Made by a program: the position numbers and the translations under genes | In this document: piece by piece, positions 1-11,789 of the stretch | Position numbering within the stretch: position 1 is the stretch's first letter | Layout: each line of letters begins with the position of its first letter | Notes under the pieces: model-generated | What the model was told of the DNA's origin: nothing | The model's input: the letters and a program-made list of their open reading frames with translations, nothing else | The model's database searches: none | NCBI GenBank assembly: GCA_002189035.1 | Contig: NEEC01000016.1 | Location: 2,108,001-2,172,000 of the forward strand | Direction: 5' to 3' | Length of the DNA stretch: 64,000 nt | Source: Utricularia gibba | Taxonomy: Eukaryota; Plantae; Magnoliophyta

Positions 1-464
1 TCGATTGGAAAGGGAAAGGGTAATGTGCATGTAGTTGAGTTGCATGGCTAGCAACTTGCAATTTATGAATCTGATAAATCGTGTTGTAGGATTTTAGAGA
101 CTAGCGAGATAGGGGTGGATTCCTTGTTGACCCTATTTGGTGAAAAAAGCATGCATTTAAGCGATATAGTACCCTCAGTGATTGACATCACAAGTACTCG
201 ACGCTTCTGGTGTGATCAAGATAGAGTGATATGCAAGCACCTAAAACCTGATGATGTGATCATTGAGGAAGAGATGTCACTAGGCTTTGCTTCTTGACTG
301 GAGAGTGATATAGGGAGCAATGTGGAGGAAGAAAATCCACAATAGCCCTCGTGTGTGGATGTGGACCAAATTATGGAAGAAACGCTGAGCTCTGTGCAAA
401 GCTTCAATGATATTAAAGTAGGTGGGCATACACTAGCCCAACCTCATCGACCAACTGACACTCA

Positions 465-1266
465 CAAAAGCTACTTGTGTTAGATGTGAATGGAGTTCTT
501 GCAAACATTGTCTTCAAAGACAAATACTAGACGTTACATCATAAACTAGATGTTGTCTTAAATGGAGCAACATAGTATGACGTGTTTCGATTGCCGTATA
601 TTTACATGATGTTCAAGTCATCCCTTGTTTTATTTTTTGGCATACGCAGTCTTCCTGAGATCCTTCACCCGTGAGTTCATCCAATGGTGTTTCGAGAACT
701 TTGATGTTGGTATATGGTTTTCAAGGAGCGCATAAGTCCCAATCCATGATAACAATAGGCCCTGACCAATTGTATTATGCACTAACATGTGCATCTTTCT
801 ACAGCACACAACTACATGAGATAGTCAAGTGGGTGTTTGGACTGAATGCAGACAGCTCATTGGCCTTCATATGGGATGCATCAAAGGCTACTAAAATGCA
901 TGTATGTGCTCATGATAATTGGTCAAAGTTTGCTGTGTTGAAAGACTTGTTGTGTATCTAGGGGAAAGATGAAAGCTTCGAAGGTCTGTACAATGCCATT
1001 AACACGTTACTACTCAAAGAAACCTAGTTTAAGTGAAGTTGCATTCATATATTTTGGATTGTATGTTGTCTGATTATACTTACATGTCTCTATTTTGCAA
1101 CAACATGAAAATGTTATCTAAGAAACCAATACCATACAAGTACATGGACATACATGATGTTGCATTATGTGAGAGTGGAGAAATACGCACATTCCTTCAA
1201 GGTATACTGCAAGCAGATTGTGTGCCCAGTTTCATGAGAAATGGACAAATTGGACAACCTCCATTA
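465..1266 (+). pseudogene. NIF/FCP1-homology (HAD superfamily, PF03031-like) phosphatase pseudogene with residual introns
   Basis: Translations in order: QKLLVLDVNGVLA (465-503), FLRSFTREFIQWCFENFDVGIWFSR (after acceptor catacgcag ~650), LAFIWDASKA..VLKDLLCI*..YNAINTLLLKET* (~865-1027), DVALCESGEIRTFLQGILQADCVPSFMRNGQIGQPP (~1159-1263). This matches the plant NIF-family motif order KKLLVLDxNG / FLRP..FCFExFxVGIWSS / LFxWD / YNxSNTLLLDDSPYK / GxLRxYLxxL..PFGQ. In-frame TAG stops at 528-530, 959-961 and ~1025. Confidence 0.8.
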
Positions 1267-1339
1267 GATATTGAACACCTCCTATGGGATTATTACATAG
1301 TATTTGCATTACATAGAGGATTTCTCATTCACACCAAAG

Positions 1340-2585
1340 CACTAGAAATGCAACAGAAAGCAAGAAAACATAGAAAGTAACAAGAGCAAGTTCGACAATA
1401 GAAATGGAAGTGCAAAAAGCTAAAATAAAATGTCCAGCGGGTGCTCTAAGGTATAGATCTACTGAATCTGGAGGTTTTGGGCGAAAACAAGGTTTGGAGA
1501 CGAAGATCCGAGGCTGGCCGGAGCTATTTGTCAGAAAATCACCGTTCTCCTCTACTTCCTGCTTGTCACTATTCATTGTCGTTCAAAAATTGTCGTCCCT
1601 TCTCTCTCCTCCTTCCTCTTTTCTTTTCGTGCTCAAAGGGTAGCTCCATCTTTTCCATGGCCTTTTAAAAGGAATATCTCTGTTCCAGATCTTATCTTTT
1701 CAAAAGGTGGCTGCTTTCGGTGAAAAGTAACTTCTGCATAGCTTTTCTATCCCTTTTGACTTTTCAACGCGGAAAATGCACTGCCAATACTAACTTCTAC
1801 CCTGTTAAGACTTAGAAACAAACTAGAAGGAAACATTAGATTTTTGGCTTAATTGTTTCCAATGGAGCATGTTTTCACAATAAACACATTCCTACCAACT
1901 AGATACACAAAAGGAAACAATTAGGCATATGTAACAACATTTTACCCTATAAAACACTCCTAAAAAAATATATAAAAACACACTAAAAACAGTGTTATCA
2001 CAACATACAACAATGACTCTAGACTTGTCCTCAAGTCTAAAACAGAAAAGATAACTAACAACCACTGAAGATTGAGTCTGTCGAGGCAAAGAAAAAGTTT
2101 CCAATTCATGCAATCCATGTAATGAGTGAAGATAAGGTACATCAAGTGTGGAAAAGAATAGTTTCACTCAAGCACACAGAATAGAGGTTAGTGGCATGCG
2201 TTCAAGTGTTCAAAAATCACATTTGCACTAGTCGAAACTTGATCCTAGCAAGTAGTAACATACAAACAGTGGCATGTATGAGCGTTGCCTTGCAAGGCAC
2301 TTAAGACTTATGGCAAAAGTATGGATAAAAACTAAAATGATGCACATGGAGGTACTAGAGAAAAGCATAGAAACTTAAGAACTCTTCCACTACGACTTAG
2401 TCACGTTCCCCTCCTGTTTATTTGACCTTATTTCTTCGAGAGTGGTTGGCCAGATCACTAGCATGTTTAGGAAGAAGATGCTAAGTTCATAGTGTTTGAA
2501 CCTCAAGCTCTTATCTTCTACAATTTTACAGCATGGCTCTTCTGATGTGCCCGCCTTTTGTACCTCTCTTCCTATATATATATAT
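1340..2585 (-). mobile_element. Athila copy B: truncated 3' LTR (~1340-2000) plus 3' UTR
   Basis: Collinear with 28060-29290 of Athila copy A. The LTR terminus ..gtgttatca is at 2000, followed by gactctagacttgtcctcaagtct (reverse complement of the Athila pre-PPT motif CTTGAGGACAAG). Homology stops at ~2585. Confidence 0.85.
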
Positions 2586-2589
2586 AATA

Positions 2590-4355
2590 GGGAAGAAGAT
2601 AGAATTAGATGCAGTGACATCTAAGGACCAACAAACTACTAATATGGATGCAAACACGTCGATGAATGAAACTGGCAGCGTTGAGACCTCTAACCAAGGC
2701 ACACTAAGAAGGTCTAGTAGGGTGCCTCGCCCTATTACTAGACTTGATCTTCTTGAGAAAGAACAAGAGTTGTTCCTTCTTGAAGAACAACTCCAACTTG
2801 ATGATCCTTGAACATATGAAGAAGCAATTCAAGATGTTGATGCTTCTAAGTGGAAGGATGCTATGGATTCCGAAATGGATTCCATGTATAGCAATCAAGT
2901 ATGGGCACTTGTTGATCCACCTAAGGGTATCGTACCCATTGGGTGTAAATGGATCTTTAAGAGAAAGAGAGGACCTGATGGAAAGGTTCAAACCTATAAA
3001 GCTAGACTTGTAGCTAAGGCTTATAGCCAAAGAGAGGGAATCGATTATGAGGAAACTTTCTCACTTGTAGCCATGCTTAAGTCCATCAAATATCTCTTGT
3101 CTATTATTGCACATCTCGATTATGAGATATGGCAGATGGATGTCAAAATTGCTTTTCTAAATGGGTTCCTAAAAGAGGAAATCTTTATGGAACAGCCTAA
3201 GGGTTTTGTATCCACGAATAGTGCCAAAGTGTGCAAGCTGCAAAGATCTATTTATGGATTGAAACAAGCGTCTAGGAGTTGGAATCAGTGATTTGATGAA
3301 ACTATAACAGGTTTTGATTTCATTAAGAATCCAAATGAATTGTGTGTGTATAAGTTGGTTAATGGAAGCTTTGTAGTATTTCTTATCCTCTATGTCGATG
3401 ACATTCTGCTGACTGGAAATAATGTAGGATTGTAATCAAGCATGTTGAACTTCTTCAACATCTTTTCCAAGTATGTCCTTTGAGATAAGCCCAATATTCT
3501 TTTCGCTCTATCTCTATAGAGTTGAATCCCAAGAATATAGAAAACTTCTCCCAAATCTTTCATATAGAAAGTATTGGACAGCCAAACTTTGATAGATGTC
3601 AACAGGACTTTTGCCAGTTAGACATGGTATTCATCTCTCCAAGCAAATGAGTCCCAAAACTCTGGAGGAGAGAGATTCCATGGCTAGAGTTCCATACGCT
3701 TCGGCGATAGGCAGTCTTATGTATGCAATGCTCTGTACAAGACTGGATATAGCATTTGCTGTCAATTTGATCAGTAGATATCAGTCTAATCTGGGTCTTG
3801 AGCTTTTGACTGCAGTCAAGAATGTCCTAAAGTACTTGAGAAGGACTATGGACATGTTCATGATATATGGAGCAGATGACTTGAAAATAACTGGATATAC
3901 GGATTCGGACTTTCAAGCAGATGTCGATGATGGAAAATCAACTTCTAGATACATTTTTACCTAATGGTGGAGTAGTCGATTGGAAGAGTTCCAAACAAGA
4001 AATGACTGCATATTCCACCACAAAAGTCGAGTATATGGCAGCTTCAGAAGCAGCAAAGGAGGTTGTTTGGATCAAGAAGTTTATTCTTGAGTTGGGAGTA
4101 GTTCCTACCATTGAGTCACCAATTCCCCTTAATTGTGACAACAATGGTGCCATTGCCCAGGCAAAGGAACCAAGATCCCATAAGAACTCCAAACATATAG
4201 AAAAGCGATATCACATCCTTCAAGAAATTGTGGCAAGGGGATATGTGATAATGGAGAAAATAGCGTCGAAAGAGAATGTGGCCGATCCACTTACTAAGCC
4301 TATGAATCAAAAATACTTGGATCGTCATCTTGAGAAGATGGGATTAAGATACTGA
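2590..4355 (+). mobile_element. Ty1/copia (Angela-like) RT-RNase H remnant
   Basis: ORFs 2863-3291 (VWALVDPPKG..CKWIFKRK..YKARLVAK..WQMDVKIAFLNG..YGLKQASRSW), LYVDDILL at ~3390, and 3596-4355 (PYASAIGSLMY..YTDSDF..WKSSKQ..CDNNGAI..KHI). Broken by stops and frameshifts; 5'-truncated at ~2590. Confidence 0.95.
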
Positions 4356-4384
4356 AGTGAATGGCTTTAGCGCAAGTAGGAGAT

Positions 4385-4786
4385 TGTTTGAAGTATGCTC
4401 AAAAGCCATGTAATCTAGCATCCCATAATTGTTGTTCTCCCTTTTGCGGCAACGTCCAAAATTACATGTTTGGAGAATGTATTTTTAAGTTGTTAAAAAT
4501 ATTCGACAGATTCTCCTATAACATACATATTCGAATGGTTCACAGTTTGAATACTTTGATTGGGCATCATCGTTGGTTTAACTATCACCTCTGTTTCTTT
4601 TACTGTGTTGATAAAGTGCTTGTCAAGATACAGTAGGTAGTGGGTCGAATGGTGCATGACATGAGATGTCAAAATAAACATGTGGGGGCACATGAGATGA
4701 TCTGACCGAACTTGTGAAACTTGAGATATCACCAGTTACGAAAAGGAAAAAAAAATTTCCCACCTTACGCTGTGCATAACACGACA
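4385..4786 (+). repeat. Copia LTR flanked by PPT (left) and tRNA-iMet PBS (right)
   Basis: PPT gcaagtaggagat (4372-4384), then TGTTTGAAG.. at 4385 and ..ACGACA at 4786, then tggtatcacagc (4788-4799; consensus TGGTATCAGAGC). Confidence 0.85.
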
Positions 4787-5550
4787 ATGGTATCACAGCG
4801 AGGTTTAGCAACTATCTGATCGTCGTCAAATTTAAACCATGGGCTGTGCAATATTTTACACATGTTGGTTTATTTTGATTGTCGATTCTTGGTTGTTAAG
4901 GCCATTTGTTTTTCAAAACTACCATCTCTAGTTTGAGTGGGAGTTTGGAATTCTGTATTGGCTAGCTCGATACACGACTTGGTTTAAACAAGGGAAAAAT
5001 GGTTCTCTAGAAATTTATTGGTTTATTGATTTTCAGAATTTATTTTTTAAAATCAAAGATCAAGTTTTGAAACATTTTATGTTAATTTTTCTTGGCTCTC
5101 CATTCAGGCAATATTATGAATGATATGTGATATTGTTCGTTTATTGTTAAAGCATGAGATGTTGTGACTATGTGAGTTTTTATATCAAGAATGGCATGTG
5201 TACCTGAGATATTAAAGTACTTATATGGTTGCTAGCTGAATGGGTTTGCTTGACTAGCATTTTATTCAAGAATGGCATGGACACCTGAGAATGGAAATGT
5301 TAGGAGCAGAGGTAGAATCGCATATGAGATATGTGAATCAAGTTGTTGACTGTTGTTTTACATGCTCCAAGAATAGCATATGTACTTGAAGAGATGTAGG
5401 GCAAGGATAATTCTATCTGTTACATTGTGTATACCTTGTTTATGTGATAAACATAAATGTAGTAATCAATTAGTCAAAGTCCGTGACTTCTTGATTGATG
5501 TGGATGCTTGAATATATGAAGATCTTGCTAGTTCTCCATTTACAGGAAAA

Positions 5551-6090
5551 ATGAAGTTGAAATCAAACAATCCAACTGCCAGTATTCTCAATGACCACAA
5601 GTTGGTTGGCCCCAACTTTGTGGATTGGCTAAGGAACCTGAAACTTGTTCTGCAGTATGAGCGAGCCGCTAGTGTATTGGGTGGAAAGCCTCCTGTGCCA
5701 GTTCACCCATCTAATCCCACAGATATGGAGCACAAGTTGCTTGTTCAGTGGGAGACGGATGATAACATGGCAAGGTGTTACATGTTGGCCTCTATGAATT
5801 CTGATTTGACGAGGTAACATGAGAATTGCACCACAGCAGCTTCCATCTTGGAACACCTCCGAGAACTATATGGTGCGTCAAGATGATCCTCTCAATATGA
5901 GATATCGAGTAGGCTGTTTGGTGCATGTATGGAGGAAGGTTTAGATGTTAGTGTCCATGTGAATTCTATGATTATGCTTATAGAAGGGCTAGAAAATCTT
6001 GATTTCAAGATGGACGTTGATCTGAAGACTGATCTGGTTCTATAATTGCTACCAAAGTCATTTGGAAGCTTCAGTAAAATTTTTTTCCTT
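5551..6090 (+). mobile_element. Copia gag remnant (UBN2/Retrotran_gag_2 type), 3'-truncated
   Basis: ILNDHKLVGPNFVDWLRNLKLVL..ARCYMLASMNSDL*..ILEHLRELYG..MEEGLDVSVHVNSM..DLVL*LLPKSF. Lies ~750 bp downstream of the PBS. Confidence 0.9.
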
Positions 6091-6099
6091 TTCATAATC

Positions 6100-6845
6100 A
6101 ATGATATCTCATATCACCAATAACATCGAACCTACAATGCCTCTAGCTCGTCCACATGAACTAAAAATCAATCCGACAAGGTTATACTAACAAATGTATC
6201 ACATATATCTTGCCCAAAATAGGTTTAAACCATCTCATGGAATAAACATCCGTTTAACGCCAATATCTCATATTACCACCAAGACTTGATTCAACTCATG
6301 AATCAACATGTTGGGAAAAACACAGTGAAGCCAATGCTAATATCTCATATTAACACTGACCATCAACATTGAAGAAACAAGGGGGATAAGCGAAGAAAAT
6401 TAGCAAACTCGAAACGAGACTCGAGTTCTCTTCTTCGTATCGCTATTCATTGGTCTCGTTTCTTCCTTGATCACTTTTCCTCTTTCGAAGATTGAACACC
6501 TCTTCCCAGAAGAAGAACTTCCAAACCCTAGGAAGTAGGCCAACTGGCTCCTATTTGTATTGGCATGCATTTTAATACAGCATGCTTTCCAATATGAGCT
6601 CGGGCTTTAGGAATATAAGCTTGGGCCTCATGGCCCAAATCATCAATCCATATTATTTTGGGCCTTGGTTACCAATCTAGGCCAGAGCCCATATAACCGA
6701 TATTTAACCATTTTGTGATCCAAATTTAAAGACATGCTAGAGTCCACTAAAACTCGAATCACAAGCATCTCGAACAATGAGAGGTGAGAAATCTCATTTC
6801 TCTAACAACGATATTGTCCCAAGATATCGTGTCTCTCATAAAATA
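6100..6845 (-). repeat. Unclassified LTR-like fragment
   Basis: Three copies of atatctcatat (6103, 6262, 6339) and a ctcctatttgtatt TATA-like motif on the minus strand. It matches neither the flanking copia nor Athila. No termini identified. Confidence 0.35.
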
Positions 6846-6849
6846 CAAG

Positions 6850-9700
6850 AGATGCCTAGCATAAAACACAGAAGACAAATAGATCAAAAATATACAAAAC
6901 ACATAGGGTAAGATTTTATTCAATGTTTAGGAGGAGAAGTAGGACCTGCGTTAGTCTGCGAATCAAGCATAATCTCTAAGTACATCTTCAGAGTTCCTAT
7001 AGTACCTCTCAGCTCACGAATATCCTTCAAACAGCAACAACCTCCACCTTTCATAGGTGTTTTCGGCTCAATTGTTGCCCATTGAGTATATTTTCACAAT
7101 AAACACATCAACAAACTAAATACACGAAAGGAGACAATTTAGCACACTAAAAAACATTTAACCTACAAAACACACCTAAAAACACATAAAAACACAATAA
7201 AAAGCGGTGTTATCACATATACAAAAGTAGTGAAAACTTCATAACACAATATAGCACAAGCAGGGAGGCGATTTTGAAAAATATGAAGAAATAGTGTACC
7301 TACCAATTTGCCCTTTACCTCTTGTTCAATGCCTAAGGGTTGAAGAGTTTCAGCATCTACACAATGCATTAGTTTTGGCCTTGCTCCAAAAATTGTGTCC
7401 AGTTTTTCCTTGTGGGCTCTGCTGCTGAGCCAAAGATACTCTGTGAAGATTTATGTATCTTCCTTACTAAAAAATGCATGCTCTTCTCTTGTCATTCTCC
7501 TGGAGCAGTCCTCCTGATCTCCCAATGGTGACGTTTCGGCCTGCAAAAATAGTGGATCTAGCAAGGGGATCGATCTTTTTCGCTTTACCCTTTTCCACTT
7601 TCCACTATTTAGACTTTGCTTGCTTCTTCGTTGTTCCCATCTCCTTCTCTTCTCGAGGCCTTTTCTTCTGTTCTTTTATAGCCCTCTCTAGTTGCTCTCG
7701 ATGGGCAAAGGCATCCTCCTCTCTCACTGGCTCAGAAGTTACTTGGGTAGTCACATGATCCTTCTTTGCATTTTTCTTCTCGCCTACTTCGGCCGCTGCC
7801 TTTTTCTTGCTGGCTATGTTCTCCTCTTCCCACTGTCTGGCAGCAAGGTTTTCTGCTACTCTCTGCTTCTGCATGTTGTAAGTCCTATGGGTCACACACT
7901 ACTTGGCTCTACTTCTCTTGCTAGTCATATATCTCGCCGCAGTATTCCTTGGTAGAGCATTGCTCTGGGTGGCTTCTGGTGCATTTGGAGCGGATCTAGT
8001 AGCAAGGGCCATCGTTTTGGAAATAACCCTCTCCGTGGGTTCTGAAGTTTCCTTGCCCTCAAGGAAATAAGCATAAATGTAGTCTGGAGTTTGAGAGGGG
8101 CCAGGCGTGAAATGCTCCGATGGCGGAGGGGCAGCAGAAATAGTCACCACAGGTGGGGGTGAAGGAGTGCATCGATTCATGGGTGGGAACATGGTAAAAG
8201 GGTAGGGAGGGACCAAAGTGAGGGAGAAATTGAAAAAATCGTCCAAATCTGGTACCAAAAGGATGTTGAGTGTGGGAGTACGTTGGCATGGTGGCACAAC
8301 AACAGAAACAAAGGGTGGCTGTCATGCAAGGATGGGCAAAGAGGTGCTAGAGGCAAGGGTGTGAAGATGTTCCACGCTAGCAGCATTTCATGCATGGTAT
8401 CAGATTTGAGGGAAAGCTGAATAGTAAGCAGTACACCGGAGGGTGAAGTGAAAGGCACGGATGCCACCAGAACAGTTGGGTGGTCAAGGGTGGCCAGTAG
8501 TACGGTGGTGGAGTTAGAGGAAGGTGCGGTCTCCATGGTTGAGATGTGCAGTAGTTCTGGGAAAGGGGGAAAGAATGGGAGACGAAGAGGTGTAAATGGT
8601 AAACTAGCTGTTGGGAAAAGATTTCCCACCCTTTTTAAATTGAAGTCTCTATTCCTATGCACACTTAAAGAATAATAAAGAAAAATACAACTACACAAGA
8701 GAGGAACAGTTTCAAAGAAACCCAACAGATTGCAATGGCACATAAGACAAAATGCATAAAGAGAAATTGCAGAAAGGTAATACAAGTGCATAAAGAAAAT
8801 ATAAGTAGTAAATACTAGTTACCTTCCAGCGAGGACCCTAGAATAAGTCTTAGGGTAACACTTAAGTGCAAGGCCACTTAAAGAGGAATTTCTGTGAATT
8901 CCACGGCATCCACAAGGCGTCCAACTTCATTAGCCATCAATTCATGAAAAGCTTTCAACCGATGACCATTCATAGTGAATGAACTATGCATGTCTCTATC
9001 AAACAACTCAATGGAACTATTAGAATTCACACTTTTAATCACAAAAGGTCCCTCCCAACAAGATTTCAATTTACCTAGGTGAAGTTTGAGTTTTGACTGA
9101 AATAACAATACATTTTGGCCAGGCTCAAAGTGCTTTCACAAGATTTGACGATCATGGAATTACTTTTTGCGTTCCTTGAAGATCTTAGAATTCATGTAGG
9201 CCTCGTGTCTTAATTCATCAAGCTTTGAAAGTTGGAGCTTTCTCAAATAACCACTACCTTGAATCTCCAAGTTCACTCGCTAGATCGCCCATCTGGCCTT
9301 TTGCTCTAGTTCAATGGGCAAATGACAATGTTAACCATATACAAGGCAAAAAGGAGACATACCAATTGGGTTTTTGAAGGATGTGCGAATTGCTCACTAA
9401 GAATCATTAAGTTTGGAGCTCCAGTCCTTGCGAGAGGAAGTTATAGTCTTTTTTAGAATTTGCTAGATTTCCCGATTAGAAAACTCTTCCTGCCCATTGA
9501 TCTAAGGGTAGTAAGTGTTAGATGGTTTGTACCAGACTCCATAGCTTTTCAACAATCTCTTCATAGCGTTGTTAAAGAAATGGTTTCCATGATCAGCCAT
9601 TGCTCTCTTGATATTTAAGTCACCAATTTTGCAAGGAATAAAAAAAGTTCCAGGGTTCGTGTGGGTTTTCAGACACTTTTCCATAGTACTTAGGCAGAAA
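6850..9700 (-). mobile_element. Athila copy B internal region: ORF2 (env-like position) remnant plus heavily deleted pol
   Basis: 7163-7369 (ETLQPLGIEQEV..CAILCYEVFTTF) and 7605-8560 are homologous to 31900-33425. Integrase C-terminus is at 8878-9480 (HLGKLKSCWEGPFVI..FTMNGHRLKAF). Protease fragment NPGTFFIPCKIG..AMAD is fused to integrase core at 9502-9684. Confidence 0.9.
7068..7215 (-). repeat. Remnant 5' end of a same-family Athila LTR nested inside ORF2 of copy B
   Basis: Matches 1860-2000 and 28600-28702 and ends ..ggtgttatca (7215). ORF2 sequence resumes directly afterwards (catatacaaaagtagtg; compare catatgcaaaagtggtg at ~31937). Confidence 0.8.
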
Positions 9701-9896
9701 ATTAATCATAGCAAGCTTCAATTCGTTGGCTATGTCATCAGAAAACCTGATGCAAAAACCCATGTACTGCCATACGGTCAACTGCGTCAAGCTCATTCAG
9801 GGTCTTCTCCTATTCTGCCATGATAAAATCAACCTTAGTTGTAGTAGAAAGTCTTTTCAACCTTGCTGCTTCTCTCACTCTTGTGCTGTTCTTACT

Positions 9897-10512
9897 TGAT
9901 GAGCCCCAGGAAAATGATGAAGAGTATTTAAAGAATGATGAGAATGTTCCACAAGTGAACAATTTGGAGAGTAAGATCATTCCACCAGGACCAATGACAA
10001 GGAGAAAGAGCAAGATGATTGAAGATACACTCAAACCTTTACTCAACACTATTGGAAGCAAACTTGGGCTCAAGGATTTACCATCAAATGAGTTCAACTA
10101 CTTGAAGCTGAATCTACCGTAGAGCCCAAAACATGTTCTCAACTTTGATGTGTGCTATTGGACTTGTTAGGCTTTCCTTTCTATGTAGTTTGGGCTTAGT
10201 AATGTTAGAGCCCACTTCTAGACTATAAGAACTCTAGAGATGTACTCCTTGAGGACCTTTTAGTTCATTTCATGTATCTTGTGAGGAATTTCCTCTTCTT
10301 TAAGTGTTTGAACACTCTTGACTTATCAAGCTTTTAGCTTGTGGTGTCCTAGTATTATCACTTTCAATTGCTTCTCCTTATGAAGTGTGGCTCCTAACTC
10401 CCTTTCTTTCAAAGTCTGGTTGCAAGAGATTCATCTCTTGAGGGTAGACATGGATGGGTTCCTTTCTAAGTTTCAAAATCACCTCTTGTTCAAAATCACC
10501 TCTTGTACATCA
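9897..10512 (+). repeat. CRM-clade (centromeric chromovirus) LTR remnant
   Basis: TGATG.. start candidates at 9897 and 9936; end ..TACATCA at 10512. Encodes PPGPMTRRKSKMIEDTL (ORF 9820-10122), resembling the CR motif GPxTRxRAK that extends into CRM 3' LTRs. No TSD found. Confidence 0.65.
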
Positions 10513-10592
10513 GTTGATTTTTGTATAGATAACAAGATTACCTGTACCAAAAGAACGCAAATGCATCAACTGAATCACAACAATTGAACACC

Positions 10593-11759
10593 GTTCCTCG
10601 GCAACAGCGCCAATTTCATAAACGAAAAAATTTGCAATGTCATTAAAATAAAAATTCTTTTATCAAATAAAATTTATAAATCTAATACATATTCAAGCAT
10701 AATACAATTATGAGTACAGTGATTAGGATCGAACACGAAGAGTAGGTGTTTGTTATGTGATTATCAATGCATTTAGTAGATGTCACCATTAAGAGATTTA
10801 GTCTGGGCTAGGATTAAAAAGTTACTACGGCATGTAGAAAGGCAGTAAACATGTAAAAACGGAACTCTATGGTGATGCCTTGGGACTCTAAGGGGATGCA
10901 TGCTTATCTCTAAAACACTCTCACCTAAACCCCAAATCAAACATCTAACAAACAAAGTCTAGGTCTACCCTAACTCTTGTTTTCCCCCTAATCTTTGGTC
11001 TACCTCTAATTAGGGTTGTTACGATGAGTTTCACTACTTCCTCCTCATAAATCTATCCTAGTTTTTTAAGGAAGTTGTGTGATTTATGGTTAACAAGGTC
11101 TAAGGATTGCTCCCTCTTTTGTCCTAAGACACCCCCAAGTGCTTAGCCACTCATGAAACTAAAACACAAAGCATCATCCACATTGTACTCATATCATAGT
11201 TTGATAACCAGAAAGTAAACAAGTACAAAATGTAAAAAGTTTAGGTAGAAAGCTAAAACTATCACAGGCTACTCCTAGCTAGGAGTAATATCCTTTAAAA
11301 ACAAAAGGCAGTCTTCAAGCATGAGCTTCATCCCTCAGTTTCCTTCTTCATTTTTGCTCCTATAGGTTCTTGCAAGTTTTCACCCCTCTAGTGTGTGTCT
11401 CGTTCTCCAATGGGGAGATCTTTGTTTTCTCTCTCCATCTGGTTTCCTTTTGTGTCCAAAATCTTCCTTTTTCCTCTCCTTGGATTTTATCTCCTTTTCA
11501 AACTTTGGCCTCATCTTCTGCCATTGCAATGTTCATATCCGACTCCTTGTGATTTGGGTTGCTAACATACGCAGTATTGCTTAAGAGAACTATTAGAACT
11601 AAGGTTGGGACTAAATTATAGATTTAGTCCCAACTAGGAATAAAAGATGCAACTGTAGCACTAATCACAAAAACACATAAATACATAATAAAACTTGAGC
11701 TTTGTAGCAAAATATGAGTCGTTTTCTTGCACTTAAATACTCAAAAATATGTGTTATTA
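10593..11759 (-). repeat. Athila-type 5' LTR (10616-11759) with tRNA-Asp-type PBS (10593-10612)
   Basis: gttcctcggcaacagcgcca is the reverse complement of TGGCGCTGTTGCCGAGGAAC. Both ends resemble the solo LTR at 30173-31537. Terminal dinucleotides are mutated. Confidence 0.8.
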
Positions 11760-11789
11760 GTATATATATTCTTGACTCAGTGATATGAC

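Noticed and set aside
5187-5400. Three spaced caagaat(g/a)gcat repeats resembling a repeat-spacer array
   Set aside because: Degenerate tandem repeats in the copia 5' UTR; only three units, with related spacers.
9705-9895. Possible gypsy gag or MULE fragment on the minus strand (ARLKRLSTTTKV..)
   Set aside because: Too decayed to assign; it fits two unrelated families equally weakly.
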